NCBI GenBank assembly: GCA_036172245.1
Contig: JAYWIR010000114.1
Span: 62,001-124,790, forward strand
DNA: 62,790 nucleotides
From: Raillietiella orientalis
Taxonomy: Eukaryota
Direction of reading: 5' to 3'
Each line of letters opens with the position of its first letter. The stretch's first letter is position 1. The translations under genes and the position numbers were made by a program. The notes under the pieces were generated by a model, which was not told where the DNA came from, made no database searches, and saw only the letters and a list, made by a program, of their open reading frames with translations. Positions 27,364 to 38,100 of the stretch are shown here, in pieces.

Positions 27364-29298
27364 CTACTTGTTCTTACGCGCCTTCGTTAACTTCTTCTGT
27401 TGGGGAGACTTGTTGAGTTTCCCCGCTGAAGAAGTGGGTTTTTCACTGCCGGCATCGCTCTCGGTGCCGGTGTGATCAGTGGACTCCTGTTCGTCCACAG
27501 AGCGTTCCGCCTTGGCGACCACCTTTTGCGGAAGGGTCTCCAGCGAGACCGTCGCACAGAATGCCGCCTTCAGGTCGCCCAGCTGGTCCTCCAACTTTTC
27601 CCGCTCTGGTTCTACAACCATGCGGTTGACGTCGTCTTGGACCTCGCAGATGCGGTTCAGGATTTTCACCTGATCCGCCTCCGTTTGGCCCTGACGGACC
27701 TCCTCTGCCAGTTTAACCACCTCCTCGGAAAGTTGCAGGGCCTCCTGCGTTTCCGGGATGGGTTCCGGCGTCTTGACTTCCTCTTCTGCCTCTACCGCCA
27801 CCTCCATCTTCTCGCCTTCAACTGCTTCCACTACCGGGGTAGAGGGAATCTCTTGCTCCCTGGCAATCATCTTCCTCTTCCCCTTCTTCCCCACCTCCAC
27901 AAAACCGTCTGCCGAGACCGGAACGGCCTCTCTCACCTTCTTCTGTTTTGCTAGCTGAGGTTTTATCACCTCAGCCAGCACCCTTTCCCTCACGGGGGAT
28001 TCACCTCTTATTGTCCGGTAGTTGGCATACTCCGGGCACGACCATTTCGCATGCCCAGGCTGTTTGCAAAAAGAGCAAAGCTCGGGCATGCTGCAGTTTC
28101 GGACCTGGTGGCCCAACTTCCCACAGCGGAAGCAACGCGACCTTGGGCAGGCGCCCAAGCGGTTCCCGAAATTTTTGCAGCCGGTGCAAACGATCGGCTG
28201 CTGCCTATATCTGACGGAAACGTCTTGCGACGATTCGTCGATATGTACATTGCCTGGGATCTGCACCCCGTCCTTCAATTTAATTTTGGCGATCAACTCG
28301 CCCGAGAAGATGTCTCCGGAAATGTTCTGGGTCTTCATTTCCAGAACCTCTCCGTATTGGGACAGGAAGTCCCATATCGCTTCTCTCTCGGTGAGGATGC
28401 CAATTTTACTTAGGAAGACTGTCGTGTAAGGCATTTCGCCAATGCCTTGCACCATCTTCCCCTGAATGTTGATGCCCTTTTCGATAAGGGCCTCCCGCAG
28501 CTCTTCGCAGTCAGTATAGAGGATGAATCCCGCTGAGTTCGCGATTATCGCCTGCAGTCGATCAAAGTCGACATTTGTCCTATACAGCGCACAATACACC
28601 TGCCTTATGTTGTTAAACCGGACCAGCCCGGTTTTAAAGGTGATGGGTTTGGACGCTGGGCTCAACTTCACCATCGGTTCTTTGGTTCGAGAGATGTTTT
28701 CACTCGCAGGCTTCCCGAATTTCCTGTTTGGCAGGGCAGAGGCCTGCCCCGCCGTCACCGCCGCATACGAAAAAGGCGGTTTCGCCGTCGCCGCCGAGCA
28801 AGATGGCGTCGCACCTTGCACTGTGTGCGCCGCGTGGACGCCCGCGGCTCCCGCCTGGGACGCCGCCGCCACCGCGGGCGCAACCCTCGTCGTCGCCGTC
28901 GCTGATGTCGCCGTAGGCGGGACCTTCGGCATCGCCGCCGCCGGCATGACCTTCCCCGCCGCGGGCGCGATCCTCGGCGTCGCCGCCGCGGGCACGACCT
29001 CCATCGCCGTCGCCGCGGGCACGACCCTCGGCATCGCCGCCGCCGGCGCAACAAAGCCTGCCGCTGGCGCGACCCTCGGCGTCGCCGCTGCCTCCTCGCC
29101 ACTGCCGCATATTACCTCCATGTGTTCTTCCATGGGGGTCGACGGCTGCTCCACTCCCTGTAGGTGCCTCCTTGCGGCTGCCGTTGATGCCGCACTTCCT
29201 GTTTGGAGGACTTCCACCTCGGGTCCTTCGGCACTGCTGCTGCTGCTGCTGTCGGGAATTTCCCTCGGTGGCACAGTCACTTCCAAACTATTCTTCAC
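27364..29298 (-). CDS. E2 ORF1 (gag-like nucleic-acid chaperone: Ala/Pro repeats, RRM-like domain, 3 CCHC knuckles, coiled coil, basic tail)
   Basis: Uninterrupted 644-codon frame. The track start is GTG; first ATG at 29133. Knuckles CTGCKNFGNRLGAC (H to N), CFRCGKLGHQVRNC, CSFCKQPGHAKWSC. Confidence 0.9.
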   Translation of the reverse strand: MKNSLEVTVPPREIPDSSSSSSAEGPEVEVLQTGSAASTAAARRHLQGVEQPSTPMEEHMEVICGSGEEAAATPRVAPAAGFVAPAAAMPRVVPAATAMEVVPAAATPRIAPAAGKVMPAAAMPKVPPTATSATATTRVAPAVAAASQAGAAGVHAAHTVQGATPSCSAATAKPPFSYAAVTAGQASALPNRKFGKPASENISRTKEPMVKLSPASKPITFKTGLVRFNNIRQVYCALYRTNVDFDRLQAIIANSAGFILYTDCEELREALIEKGINIQGKMVQGIGEMPYTTVFLSKIGILTEREAIWDFLSQYGEVLEMKTQNISGDIFSGELIAKIKLKDGVQIPGNVHIDESSQDVSVRYRQQPIVCTGCKNFGNRLGACPRSRCFRCGKLGHQVRNCSMPELCSFCKQPGHAKWSCPEYANYRTIRGESPVRERVLAEVIKPQLAKQKKVREAVPVSADGFVEVGKKGKRKMIAREQEIPSTPVVEAVEGEKMEVAVEAEEEVKTPEPIPETQEALQLSEEVVKLAEEVRQGQTEADQVKILNRICEVQDDVNRMVVEPEREKLEDQLGDLKAAFCATVSLETLPQKVVAKAERSVDEQESTDHTGTESDAGSEKPTSSAGKLNKSPQQKKLTKARKNK

Positions 29299-29304
29299 CA
29301 GGCA

Positions 29305-29447
29305 CTTGCTCTGTCAGGGCACGCAAAAATTGCCTCGGCAGTGGTTTTACGCACTGCCTTGGCGGGGTATTGGGTAAAGTTTTCAACTAGCAATAATCGC
29401 GGCTCAGTCGCCTTCCTCGCCTATTTTCCCCAGGTCTTACAAGGGGT
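29305..29447 (-). ncRNA. U4 snRNA-like module (B variant)
   Basis: GCCGCGATTATTGCTAGTTGAAAACTTTACCCAATACCCCGCC is near-identical to the conserved metazoan U4 core. Hairpin GGCAGTG..CACTGCC, Sm site AATTTTTG (29324-29331), terminal hairpin with one mismatch. Confidence 0.85.
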
Positions 29448-32400
29448 GGGGTAAATTTATTTTCTATAAAACATTCACGCTACAATCACATTCATACACT
29501 TTCACTTTTTCTCACTTATCACTGATCACTTGGGCACTTGTTCTTAAAGTTCACTTCTGGGCGTCTGAAAAGTCACTGCTCTACTTACCTTGGATCCGCT
29601 TGGGTTCGGAGACTTCCTTCTATCCTTCTCAGGATGTGTCGGTAGTTCCAAACTTGCACTCGTCCGCAGTTTCGGATGCCAATCTCCTTCTGGATCAACC
29701 CTTGCAGGATCTCCATCGGAGATATGGCGGTCCTCGTGGTCCTCATCTTCCACCACCGCACAAGGATGGCGGTGATGAAAAGGGCGATGGTCACTCTGAC
29801 CATGGGGTTGTAGCGTGAAACCGTTCCAGTTACCTGGAACACTCCTGCCAGAACGTCGATGGTCGAGGCGTTGTTCAGCCCGATGACCCTTTTCAGGGTT
29901 GTCCACTCGGATTGCAATGTGGGGCAGGTCAAGACATGTCTGTCTGAATCTAATCCACCACATGCTTTGCAGGTTTCTTCTTCTCGTCGTCCCGTGAAGA
30001 GCTTCATTCTCGTGCCGCATATAATCCCCCCATGATAAAACATGAGGAGATTGTCCTGTGTATCTGGTGGTAGGTCACTCCTCCATAGCACCGTACCGAT
30101 CGCTAGTGGGTTGAATCCACTGCTTGCGTATCGGTCGGCAGCATCTTGGAGGGCACTGTGGTCTTGTTCTTCCGTGATGATATCTTTCCTGTTCTTCTTC
30201 GTTACCCTGCACCACGCATGGTTAGGATGGCTTTTCCATACCTCGCGGGTCTTCAGGGTAACGGATCCACTCATCCTTTCCACGTGACGAAGTACCCGTG
30301 AATGATGAAGGTATCTTCGCCGTGTCCAGGATTCCAGTTCTCCGGATTTCCAGTTCTCTGGACCGCTGGCGTATCCAGCTCCTCGTGTCATCCTGTACGG
30401 GGAGCATCCAAGGGATAACCAGGATGGATTCCTCCTGCCAGAGTTCCTTGCTTCTCGGGATGATCTTGATTCCCTCGCTCTTGATCAATCTTTGTTTCCG
30501 CCTCCACGTTGGGTCGATGGTTGACCATTCGTCCACTCTGCCGACGAGCGCAGTCATCAGGCCCCTCGAGTTATTAATTAACAACGAGTATGCCCTATGC
30601 GCCGCGTACGGCCAGTCGTCCCAGTTGGAAGACATCTCCAGGATGTGTCGCACGTCCATGTTGTTCACGGCGTGTGCAGGCGACTTCATCCCGGTTCCTC
30701 CCTCCTCCCTCGGACGACAAAGTGGCTTCAGGCGTACTCTAGGACGGTATCCTCCCCACAGGGTCTTACTCTGCAGCTTTTCCACTTCTCGCTTGGTGTC
30801 TTTCGACATGTTGCTGAAGGCCGCTCCGAAAAGTACCTTCGGAAGGAGAACTCCATTCCAAAGGTTGGCCCTCTGCTTCATGTTGAAGTCCGAGCGCGTG
30901 TACTTCGCTCCTTCTTCAGATACTTTCCCCAGGATTTCCTTCCACAACAGTTGGGACGCGGATGCATCACCAATGTGGATACCTAGGTACTTGATCGTGT
31001 CCACCGTACGGAAACCTTCACTCACGAGTGTTGTGAGGTCCAGGATGCCGACGGGCAAGAGTTTGCTTTTCTGGACATTGATTTTAAGCCCCAATCCTTT
31101 CTCCATGAGCTCAACCACATGCAAGAAGCCTCGCTGATCTCTCTCCCCTTTGAGAAAGATGAGAAGATCGTCCGCGTAGGCGAGATGGGTGAGTCTCTGT
31201 TGGTCCACTTTGATTCCTCGGAGATACCCGGTTCTGTCGATGAACGACGAGAGGGCCTCCATGTAGATGACAAACAGCATCGGACTTAGCGCGTCGCCTT
31301 GACGGAATCCGCGTTCCATCCTGATGGCTGCTGTCGCTTCCCCATTGACGGTGATGCGGAATTCTTGGTCTTGTAGTACCATCCTGACGAAGTTGCTGAA
31401 GTATTCCGGGAGGCCCAGTCTTCCTAGAATCTTCAGCAGCATCCCATGGTCTACCGTGTCGAAGGCTTTCTCCATGTCAGTGAAGCTCAGCACCAAGTTC
31501 TCGCCTGTGTATCGGCTGAGTCCTATGGTGCCTTGTGCACACTTGACATTGTCCGACATGTGACGACCGGGCACCGCGCATGTCTGGATTGGAGATATAA
31601 GCCGCGGCATGACCTTGCCTAAGCGGTTGGCCCAGATCTTCGCCAACCACTTGGCATCGGAGTTCAGGATCGAGATTGGCCTTCATTGAGTGACCTGCGT
31701 GAGGTCACCGCCTTTCGGCAACAATCTCATCCGACTCTTGCTGAAGGACTTTGGTATTCTTCCTTCTTCTTTGATGCATAGCGTCAGCTGGAGGAACAGT
31801 CGCCGGTAGGCATGCAGATACCTCTGATAGTGGGAGATTGGAATACTATCAGGGCCTGCCGCCACATCCTTGCGAAGTTACTCGAACGCAGCTTTCACTT
31901 CTTCATCGGAGATATCTTCTTCCAGCATCTTCTTGCTCTTCTCGTCAATCCGGTTTTCCAGATGTTTCAGGAATCCTCGTTGATAGGTCTCGTCCGGTTG
32001 TTTCCTACGGAAGTGTTCTGCATAATGCCTGTGGAAGGCTTCTGCGATGTCTTCCGTCTTGCTCTTCGTCTGGCCTGCGTACTGGATGCTGAAGATATCT
32101 GTTGCCAGATTCTTCTTCTCCAGTACGCCAACTTCACCCTTGATGCTGTTGAAGACGTACCGGCTCTGATACTGTTGCCAGTACTTGGAGAGCGAGCGAT
32201 CTTGGATGTTGAGCTCGCGGTACGCGTCCTGCCTCAGTCTCTTGTCTCCAAACTGCATGTTGCAGAACAAATGGATGCGGTGCTTGAGGCTGTCCCAATC
32301 GGCGACCCTGCTGATGGTTGTAGTTTGCAGGATCACCTCCATCAGATCTTGATGATGGGGATGGGTCTCGAACCATTAAGGCATGGTGAGAATTGCCTCC

Positions 32401-34979
32401 CTCGTTGCCTTGCTTCGTCGAGGGTTTTCCGTCCGCAAGGTGAACCTCATCAACGGATGATCGGACACAGAGTGGGGAGTGTCTCGAAAACCGAGGACTC
32501 GGTTCCCAATGTCGGCACTGTAGAGGACGTGGTCGAGCGGCTTGTGGCTCGCAGTCAGCCACTGAAGTCCGAACTCGTCGGAAAGCCGCCGATACGCCTC
32601 CCTTCCTCTGACGTTCCGGGAATAGATGACTTCATCCAGGATGTTGAAGTCCCCAACGATGATGACGATGTCCTTCGCCTGCACTTTCTGGCGGAGGGCT
32701 TCATGAAGCACCTCCGCCCACTGGTGCTTTAGGTGGTGCGACCCGTAAACGTTCACCAGGAAGAGGTGGACGTTCGCGGACCAGGACAATCGTGAGACCA
32801 GAATTCTTCCAGGGACGGGACAGAAGACTTCCAGGATGGTGGCGGCAAGGCGGTTCTTGATTGCCGTTGCCACCTCCATGGTGTACCTCTGTCCCACGCT
32901 GGTGAACAGCTGGACGTTCATTCGTCTCTCCAATTCCAGGCTGATCTGCTGCCCCATCTCGTGGGTTTCCTGCAGGCAAACGATGTCGAAATGCCTGATC
33001 TTATGGGCTATTCTTCGTCTTCGCACCTGATCTTGCATTCCATTAACGTTCCAGGAGGCGATGGTCAGTCTCCCGGCTGTCGACAAGGATCAGGCCATAA
33101 AAGGTGGTATTAGTTTTTGGCCTTCCGCAGCTTCTTCTGGCGGGGAGACCTTTCTCTCCTTACCGCCGTCGAAGCTGGCTTCTCACTCCCGGCATCGCTC
33201 TCTGTGCCGGTGTGGTCTGTTGTATCGTTGTCTTGTTCGTTGGAGCGCTCTGGCTTGGCGACTGTTTTGCGCGGAAGGGTCTCCAGGGAGACCTTGGCGC
33301 AGTAGTTCCCCTTTACAATGCAGAGCTTGTTCTCCAGCCTGCCGCGCTCTTCCGGATCTATGAGGGCGTTGATTCCCTCCTGTGTTTCACCAATGCGTGA
33401 CAGGAGCTTCGCCTGCTGCACTTGGTTCACCTCCGTCTGTACCTCCTCCGCCAGCTTCACCACCTCCTCGGTGAGCTGCGCCGCCTCTTGCGAAGCCGGG
33501 GTAGCTTCGGTGATTTCCATCACCTCAGCTTCCGGCACTCCCTTCTGCGCAACAACCTCCTGCTGTTGCTCCACTACCTCGCCAACCGCCTGCTCGCCAA
33601 CCGCCTGTTCGCCACCCTGCTGCATCTCCTCGCCTACCTGCTTCTCGGCCTGTGCAGAGGAGGAGGATTCTGGCTCCCTCACGAGCCTCCTCCTCTTGCC
33701 GCCCTTCCCCACCTTAGTAAAGCCGTCCTCAGAAACAGGAGCGGCCTCCTTCGCCTTCCTCTGCTTCAGTGCTCTCTGAGGCTTGATCACCTCTTCGAGC
33801 ACTCGCGCCCTGACCGGTGAATGGATCCTCATCGTCCGGTAATTGGCAAACTCGGGACAGCACCATTTTGCGTGCCCTGGGGCCTTGCAAATTGAGCATA
33901 CCTCCGGCATGCTGCAATCACGGACTTGGTGGCCTTGCTTCCCACAGCGGAAGCATTTGGAACTTGGGCAGACGCCCTGTTTGTGTCCGAAGGATTTGCA
34001 ACCGTTGCAGAAAGCGGGTTGCGCCCTGTACCGCACAGAGACTCCCTGGTCATCCCCCTCGAAATGTATGGTCCCTGGAATCTGGGCATCCTATAACAGC
34101 TTTATCTTCACCGTCGCTTTTCCCGAAAAGATCTTCCCCGAGATGTTATGGAAGTTGCTGTCCAGTACCTCGCCGTACTGCGACACGCGTTTCCATACCG
34201 CCTTCTGTGTGATAAACGGCCCTAGCCCGCTCAGAAAAACGGTGGTGTACGGCATTTCGCCGACTCCACTCACCATTTTGCCCTGGATGTTGATTCCTTT
34301 TTCGATGAACTCCGCCAGGAGTTCATCGCACTCTGTGAAGATCGTGAACCCGAATGGCCCGGGCACGATCGCCTGCAACTTATCAACGTCTACCTGTTGC
34401 TTGTACAGCGCCAGGTAGACTTCCCGAATGTTATGCATTCGGATTAAACCGGTCTTCAACGTGACCGTCTTGACGTTTGGGCCCAACTTAACTATGGGCT
34501 CGTCAACTTCTTTGATCGGCCCGTACTCGGGCTTTCCGAATTTTCTCTACGGCTGGGTTGTTGCCGTCCCAGCCGCCACCGCCGCATAGGAAAACGTTGC
34601 CGCCGCCGGCGGCCGCCCCACGGTCGCAGCCGCCGCGCAAGATGGCGTCGCGTCATTAGCAATGGTTGGGCCTACGAGCCCTGCCGTTGCTAGGGGCGCT
34701 TCCGCCGTCGCCGCCGCCTTCGCAACCACCAACGTGGCCTGCCTTGCCTCCACCGCCGGTGTGGCGCCAGAAAAACACGATTGCCCAACCTCCATGGGCT
34801 GAGGCTTCTCCGTGGTTCCCATCCACCGCTGCTCTTGCATCTTGACGGGGTGCTGCTGCACCGCCGCCGGGGAGGGTCGCGACTCCTCCACCTTGGACTC
34901 CCTCTGGATGCTGCTGCTCCTGCTGCAGTCGCTGTGGGACGTACTGAGTAGCGCACTTACTGTTTTTTTTAACTATTCA
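29305..34979 (-). mobile_element. Array unit E3: full-length family B element including U4-like tail
   Basis: ORF1 ~34960-33110 (stops at 34547, 34091). ORF2 33098-29585 (stop at codon 3, also 32376, 31878, 31683). YADD intact. Confidence 0.95.
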
Positions 34980-35125
34980 CTTGCCCTCTCGGGGCACGCA
35001 AAAATTGCCGCGGCAGTGGTTTTACGCACTGCCTTGGCGGGGTATTGGGTAAAGTTTTGAACTAGCAATAATCGCGGCTCAGTCGCCTTCCTCGCCTACG
35101 ATTTTCTCCAAGTCCCACAAGGGGT
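34980..35125 (-). ncRNA. U4 snRNA-like module (A variant)
   Basis: Full 5' stem-loop ATCGT-A-GGC-GAG-GA-AG-GCGA-CT-GA-GCC-GCGAT, stem I TGCTAGT, Sm site, terminal TGCCC-CGAGA-GGGCA. Confidence 0.85.
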
Positions 35126-38100
35126 GGGGTAAATTTATTTTCTATAAAAATACAATTTTTGCATTCACACTCACATTCACTCTATCTTTACTCTTTGTCT
35201 CTCACTTTGAAGTCCTGGGGGGTTCACTAGAGTTCTGCTTTTACCTCAGGGTGGATTTCCATCTGGATGGTCCCGGGCGTCGTCCTCGATCCTCTTCAGG
35301 ATGAATCTGTACGTCCAGGCTTGGATGCGTCCACAATTCCTGATGCCGATCTCCTTCTTGATGAGTCCTTTCAGGATCTCCATCGAGGTTGCGGCTCTGC
35401 TGGCTCTTCTCATCTTCCACCACCGCACAAGTATGGCGGTGATGAAGAGGGCAATGGTCGTCCTCACCATGGGATTGTAACAGGGAACATTACCATTTCC
35501 CTGAAACATCCCGGCGAGGATCTCCATCGAGTTGTTCAGCAACAACGCGTAGGCCCTGTGCGCCGCATACGGCCAGTCATCCCAGTGAGTGGCTATGTCC
35601 AGGATGTGTCGCGTGTCCATGATTTCCATGGAATGTGCAGGCGACTTCATCCCGGAACCGCCTTCTTCCCTGGGACGACACAGAGGTTTGAGACGGACTC
35701 TTGGGCGATAATGGCCCCACAATGTTTTCCTCTGCAGCTTTTCTACTTCTCTTGTGGTTTCTTTATTCATTCGTGCGAAGGCCGCCCCGAAGAGTATCTT
35801 TGGTAGAAGTACTCCGTTCCACAGGTTGGCTCTTCGCTTCATGTTAAGGTCCACTCGAGTGTACTTCGCTGCTTCGTTGGCCGTTTTCCCCAGGATTTCC
35901 GTCCACAGCAGTTTCGACGCAGAGTCGTCGCCGATGTAGAGTCCCAGGTACTTAGCCGTGTCCACCGTACGGAATCCACTCCCCGTTAGAGTGGAGAGGT
36001 TCAGGATTCCGACGGGCAAAAGCTGGCTCTTTTGGGCATTGATTTTCAATCCCAGTCCCTGTTCCATGAGGTCGACCACATCCAGGAACGCTCCTTGATT
36101 CCTCTCTCCCTTGCTGAAGAAGAGGAGATCATCTGCGTATGCCAGATGGGTCAGGTGCTGACCATCAATGGAAATCCCTGATAGACGACCGCTTCTCTCG
36201 ATGTAAGAAGACAGCGCCTCCATGTATATGACGAACAGCATTTGACTTAGCGAGTCGCCCTGCCGGACTCCTCGTTCCATCCTAATTGCTGCCGTCTCTT
36301 GGCCGTTGATTTTGATACGGCAGTACTGGTTTTGGAGTACCGCCCTCACGAAGTTGCTGAAGTGTTCCGGAAGCCCAAGCTTCTCCAGAACATTCAGCAG
36401 CATCCCGTGGTCGATGGAGTCGAAGGCCTTCTCCATGTCGGTGAACACCAGTACCAGGTTCTCGCCGACGTATCGGCTGAGACCTACGATGGCCTGGGCA
36501 GAATTGACATTGTCAGACATGTATCGTCCTGGGACTGCACACGTCTGGACCGGAGAGATCAGCCTCGACATGACCCTGCCTAAGCGGTTGGACCAGATCT
36601 TCGCCAACCACTTGGCATCTCAGTTCAGGATCGAGATAGGCCTCCATTGATCGATCTGCGTGAGATCGCCTCCTTTTGGCAGCAATCTCATCCTGCTCTC
36701 GTAGAAGGATTCCGGAAGTCGTCCTTCTTCTCGGATGCAGAGTGTCAACTGGTGGAACAAACGCAGGTAGGCGTGCAGCTACCGCTGATAGTGCGAGATG
36801 GGTACACTATCAGGGCCTGCTGCCACATCCTTGCGAAGCTGCCCAAACGCAGTCTTCACTTCTTCCTCGGAGAACTCCTCCTCCAGTCTATTTCTTTGGA
36901 GGTCGTCCGTCCTCTTCTCGAGGTAACCCAAGAAGGCTTGCTGACTCGAGCGGCAGAGATCTTGTCGTCAGAAGTGTCTCGCGTAATGCCTGTGAAAGGC
37001 TTCCGCGATATCCTCCAACGTGTGTCGCTCTTGGCCGTCGCACTGGATGCAGAAGATATCTGTCGCCAGATTCCTCTTTTCCAGCACGCCGACCTCCCCT
37101 TTCATGTTCTGGAAGACGTACCGACTCTCGTATTGATCGAAGTACTTCGATAGGGAGCGATCTTGGATGTTCAGCTCCCGTTACGCTTCCTGCCTCATAC
37201 GCTTACAAAAATACTGCATATTGCAGAACAGATGGATCCTGTGCTTCAACCTGTCCCAGTCGGCGACTCTGTGGATGGTGGTTTCACGCAGAATCGCCTC
37301 GATGACCTCCTGGTGACAGAAAAGCGTTTCGAACCAGGCGGGCATGCAGATGAGCGCCGCCCTAATGGCCTTTTCCCTACGGGGATTTTCAGTGCGGAGT
37401 GTAAACCGTACCAATGGGTGATCGGACAACAGATGTGGAATGTCACGAAAACCCTGGATGCGGTTGTCTATCTCCGCACTGTGGAGGACGTGATCGATCG
37501 GCTTGTGGCTAGCTGTTCGCCAAAAAAGTCCGAACTCGTCGGACAGCCGCCGATACGCCGCTCTTCCCCTTGCATCCTGAGAATAGTTGATTTCCTGAAG
37601 GATGTTGAAATCCCCAGCGACGATGACTAGGTCCTTCGGTGCCACTCGTTTGCGGAGTTCTTCCTGCAGTTTCTCCGCGCACCGATGCTTGATCTTGTGT
37701 GGTCCGTAGACGTTCACCAGGAAGAGGTGAACGTTACTGGACCAGGACAGTCGCACGCCGATTACTCTGCCAGGTACCGGACAGAAGGTTTCCAAAATGG
37801 TGTGGGCGAGCCCGTTCTTGATGAGGATCGCCACCCCCATGGTCTTCTTCTGTCCCTCGCTGGCGAACAGTTGTCCGTCGAATCGGCGTTCCATCTCCAG
37901 GGCGTTCTGCTGCCCGAGACGGTGGATTTCTTGTAGGCACACCACATCCTGTCTTGCGATGGTCCGCATGACACTTTTTCTCTTTCCCTGGTCCGTCATT
38001 CCATTCACATTCCAGGAGGCGATGTTAATCCTCCTGGCACTGGACAGCGACGAGGCCATGAAAGGGGAGAGAGTCCTACTTGTTCTTGCGCGCCTTCCTT

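Larger units (their letters stand above)
23670..29304 (-). mobile_element. Array unit E2: full-length family A L1/Tx1-like element
   Basis: ORF1 27364-29298, 16-nt spacer, ORF2 27347 to ~23837, 3' UTR with AATAAA, then a partial U4-like module. Confidence 0.95.

Noticed and set aside
29134..29298. GTG-initiated N-terminal extension of ORF1 (poly-Ser from AGC repeats)
   Set aside because: The track allows bacterial starts. In a eukaryote the first ATG (29133 here, 62621 in E8) is more plausible, and this stretch is probably 5' UTR.
29305..29447. Junction module as an LTR, an HDV-like ribozyme or a CRISPR repeat
   Set aside because: No TG...CA ends, PBS, integrase or protease. I could not build the HDV double pseudoknot. 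The spacing is kilobases. U4 explains the sequence better.
29443..29452. GGGGTGGGGT as a telomeric repeat seed
   Set aside because: Only two units, part of the conserved element end. No TTAGG/TTAGGG arrays are seen in the window.
34980..35125. Functional host U4 gene cluster merely interrupted by insertions
   Set aside because: No host spacer flanks the modules, stem II is disrupted, and variants follow element family. Not fully excluded without the host U4 sequence.
35520..35535. E4 deletion as a spliced-out intron
   Set aside because: The deleted segment lacks GT...AG ends on the sense strand.
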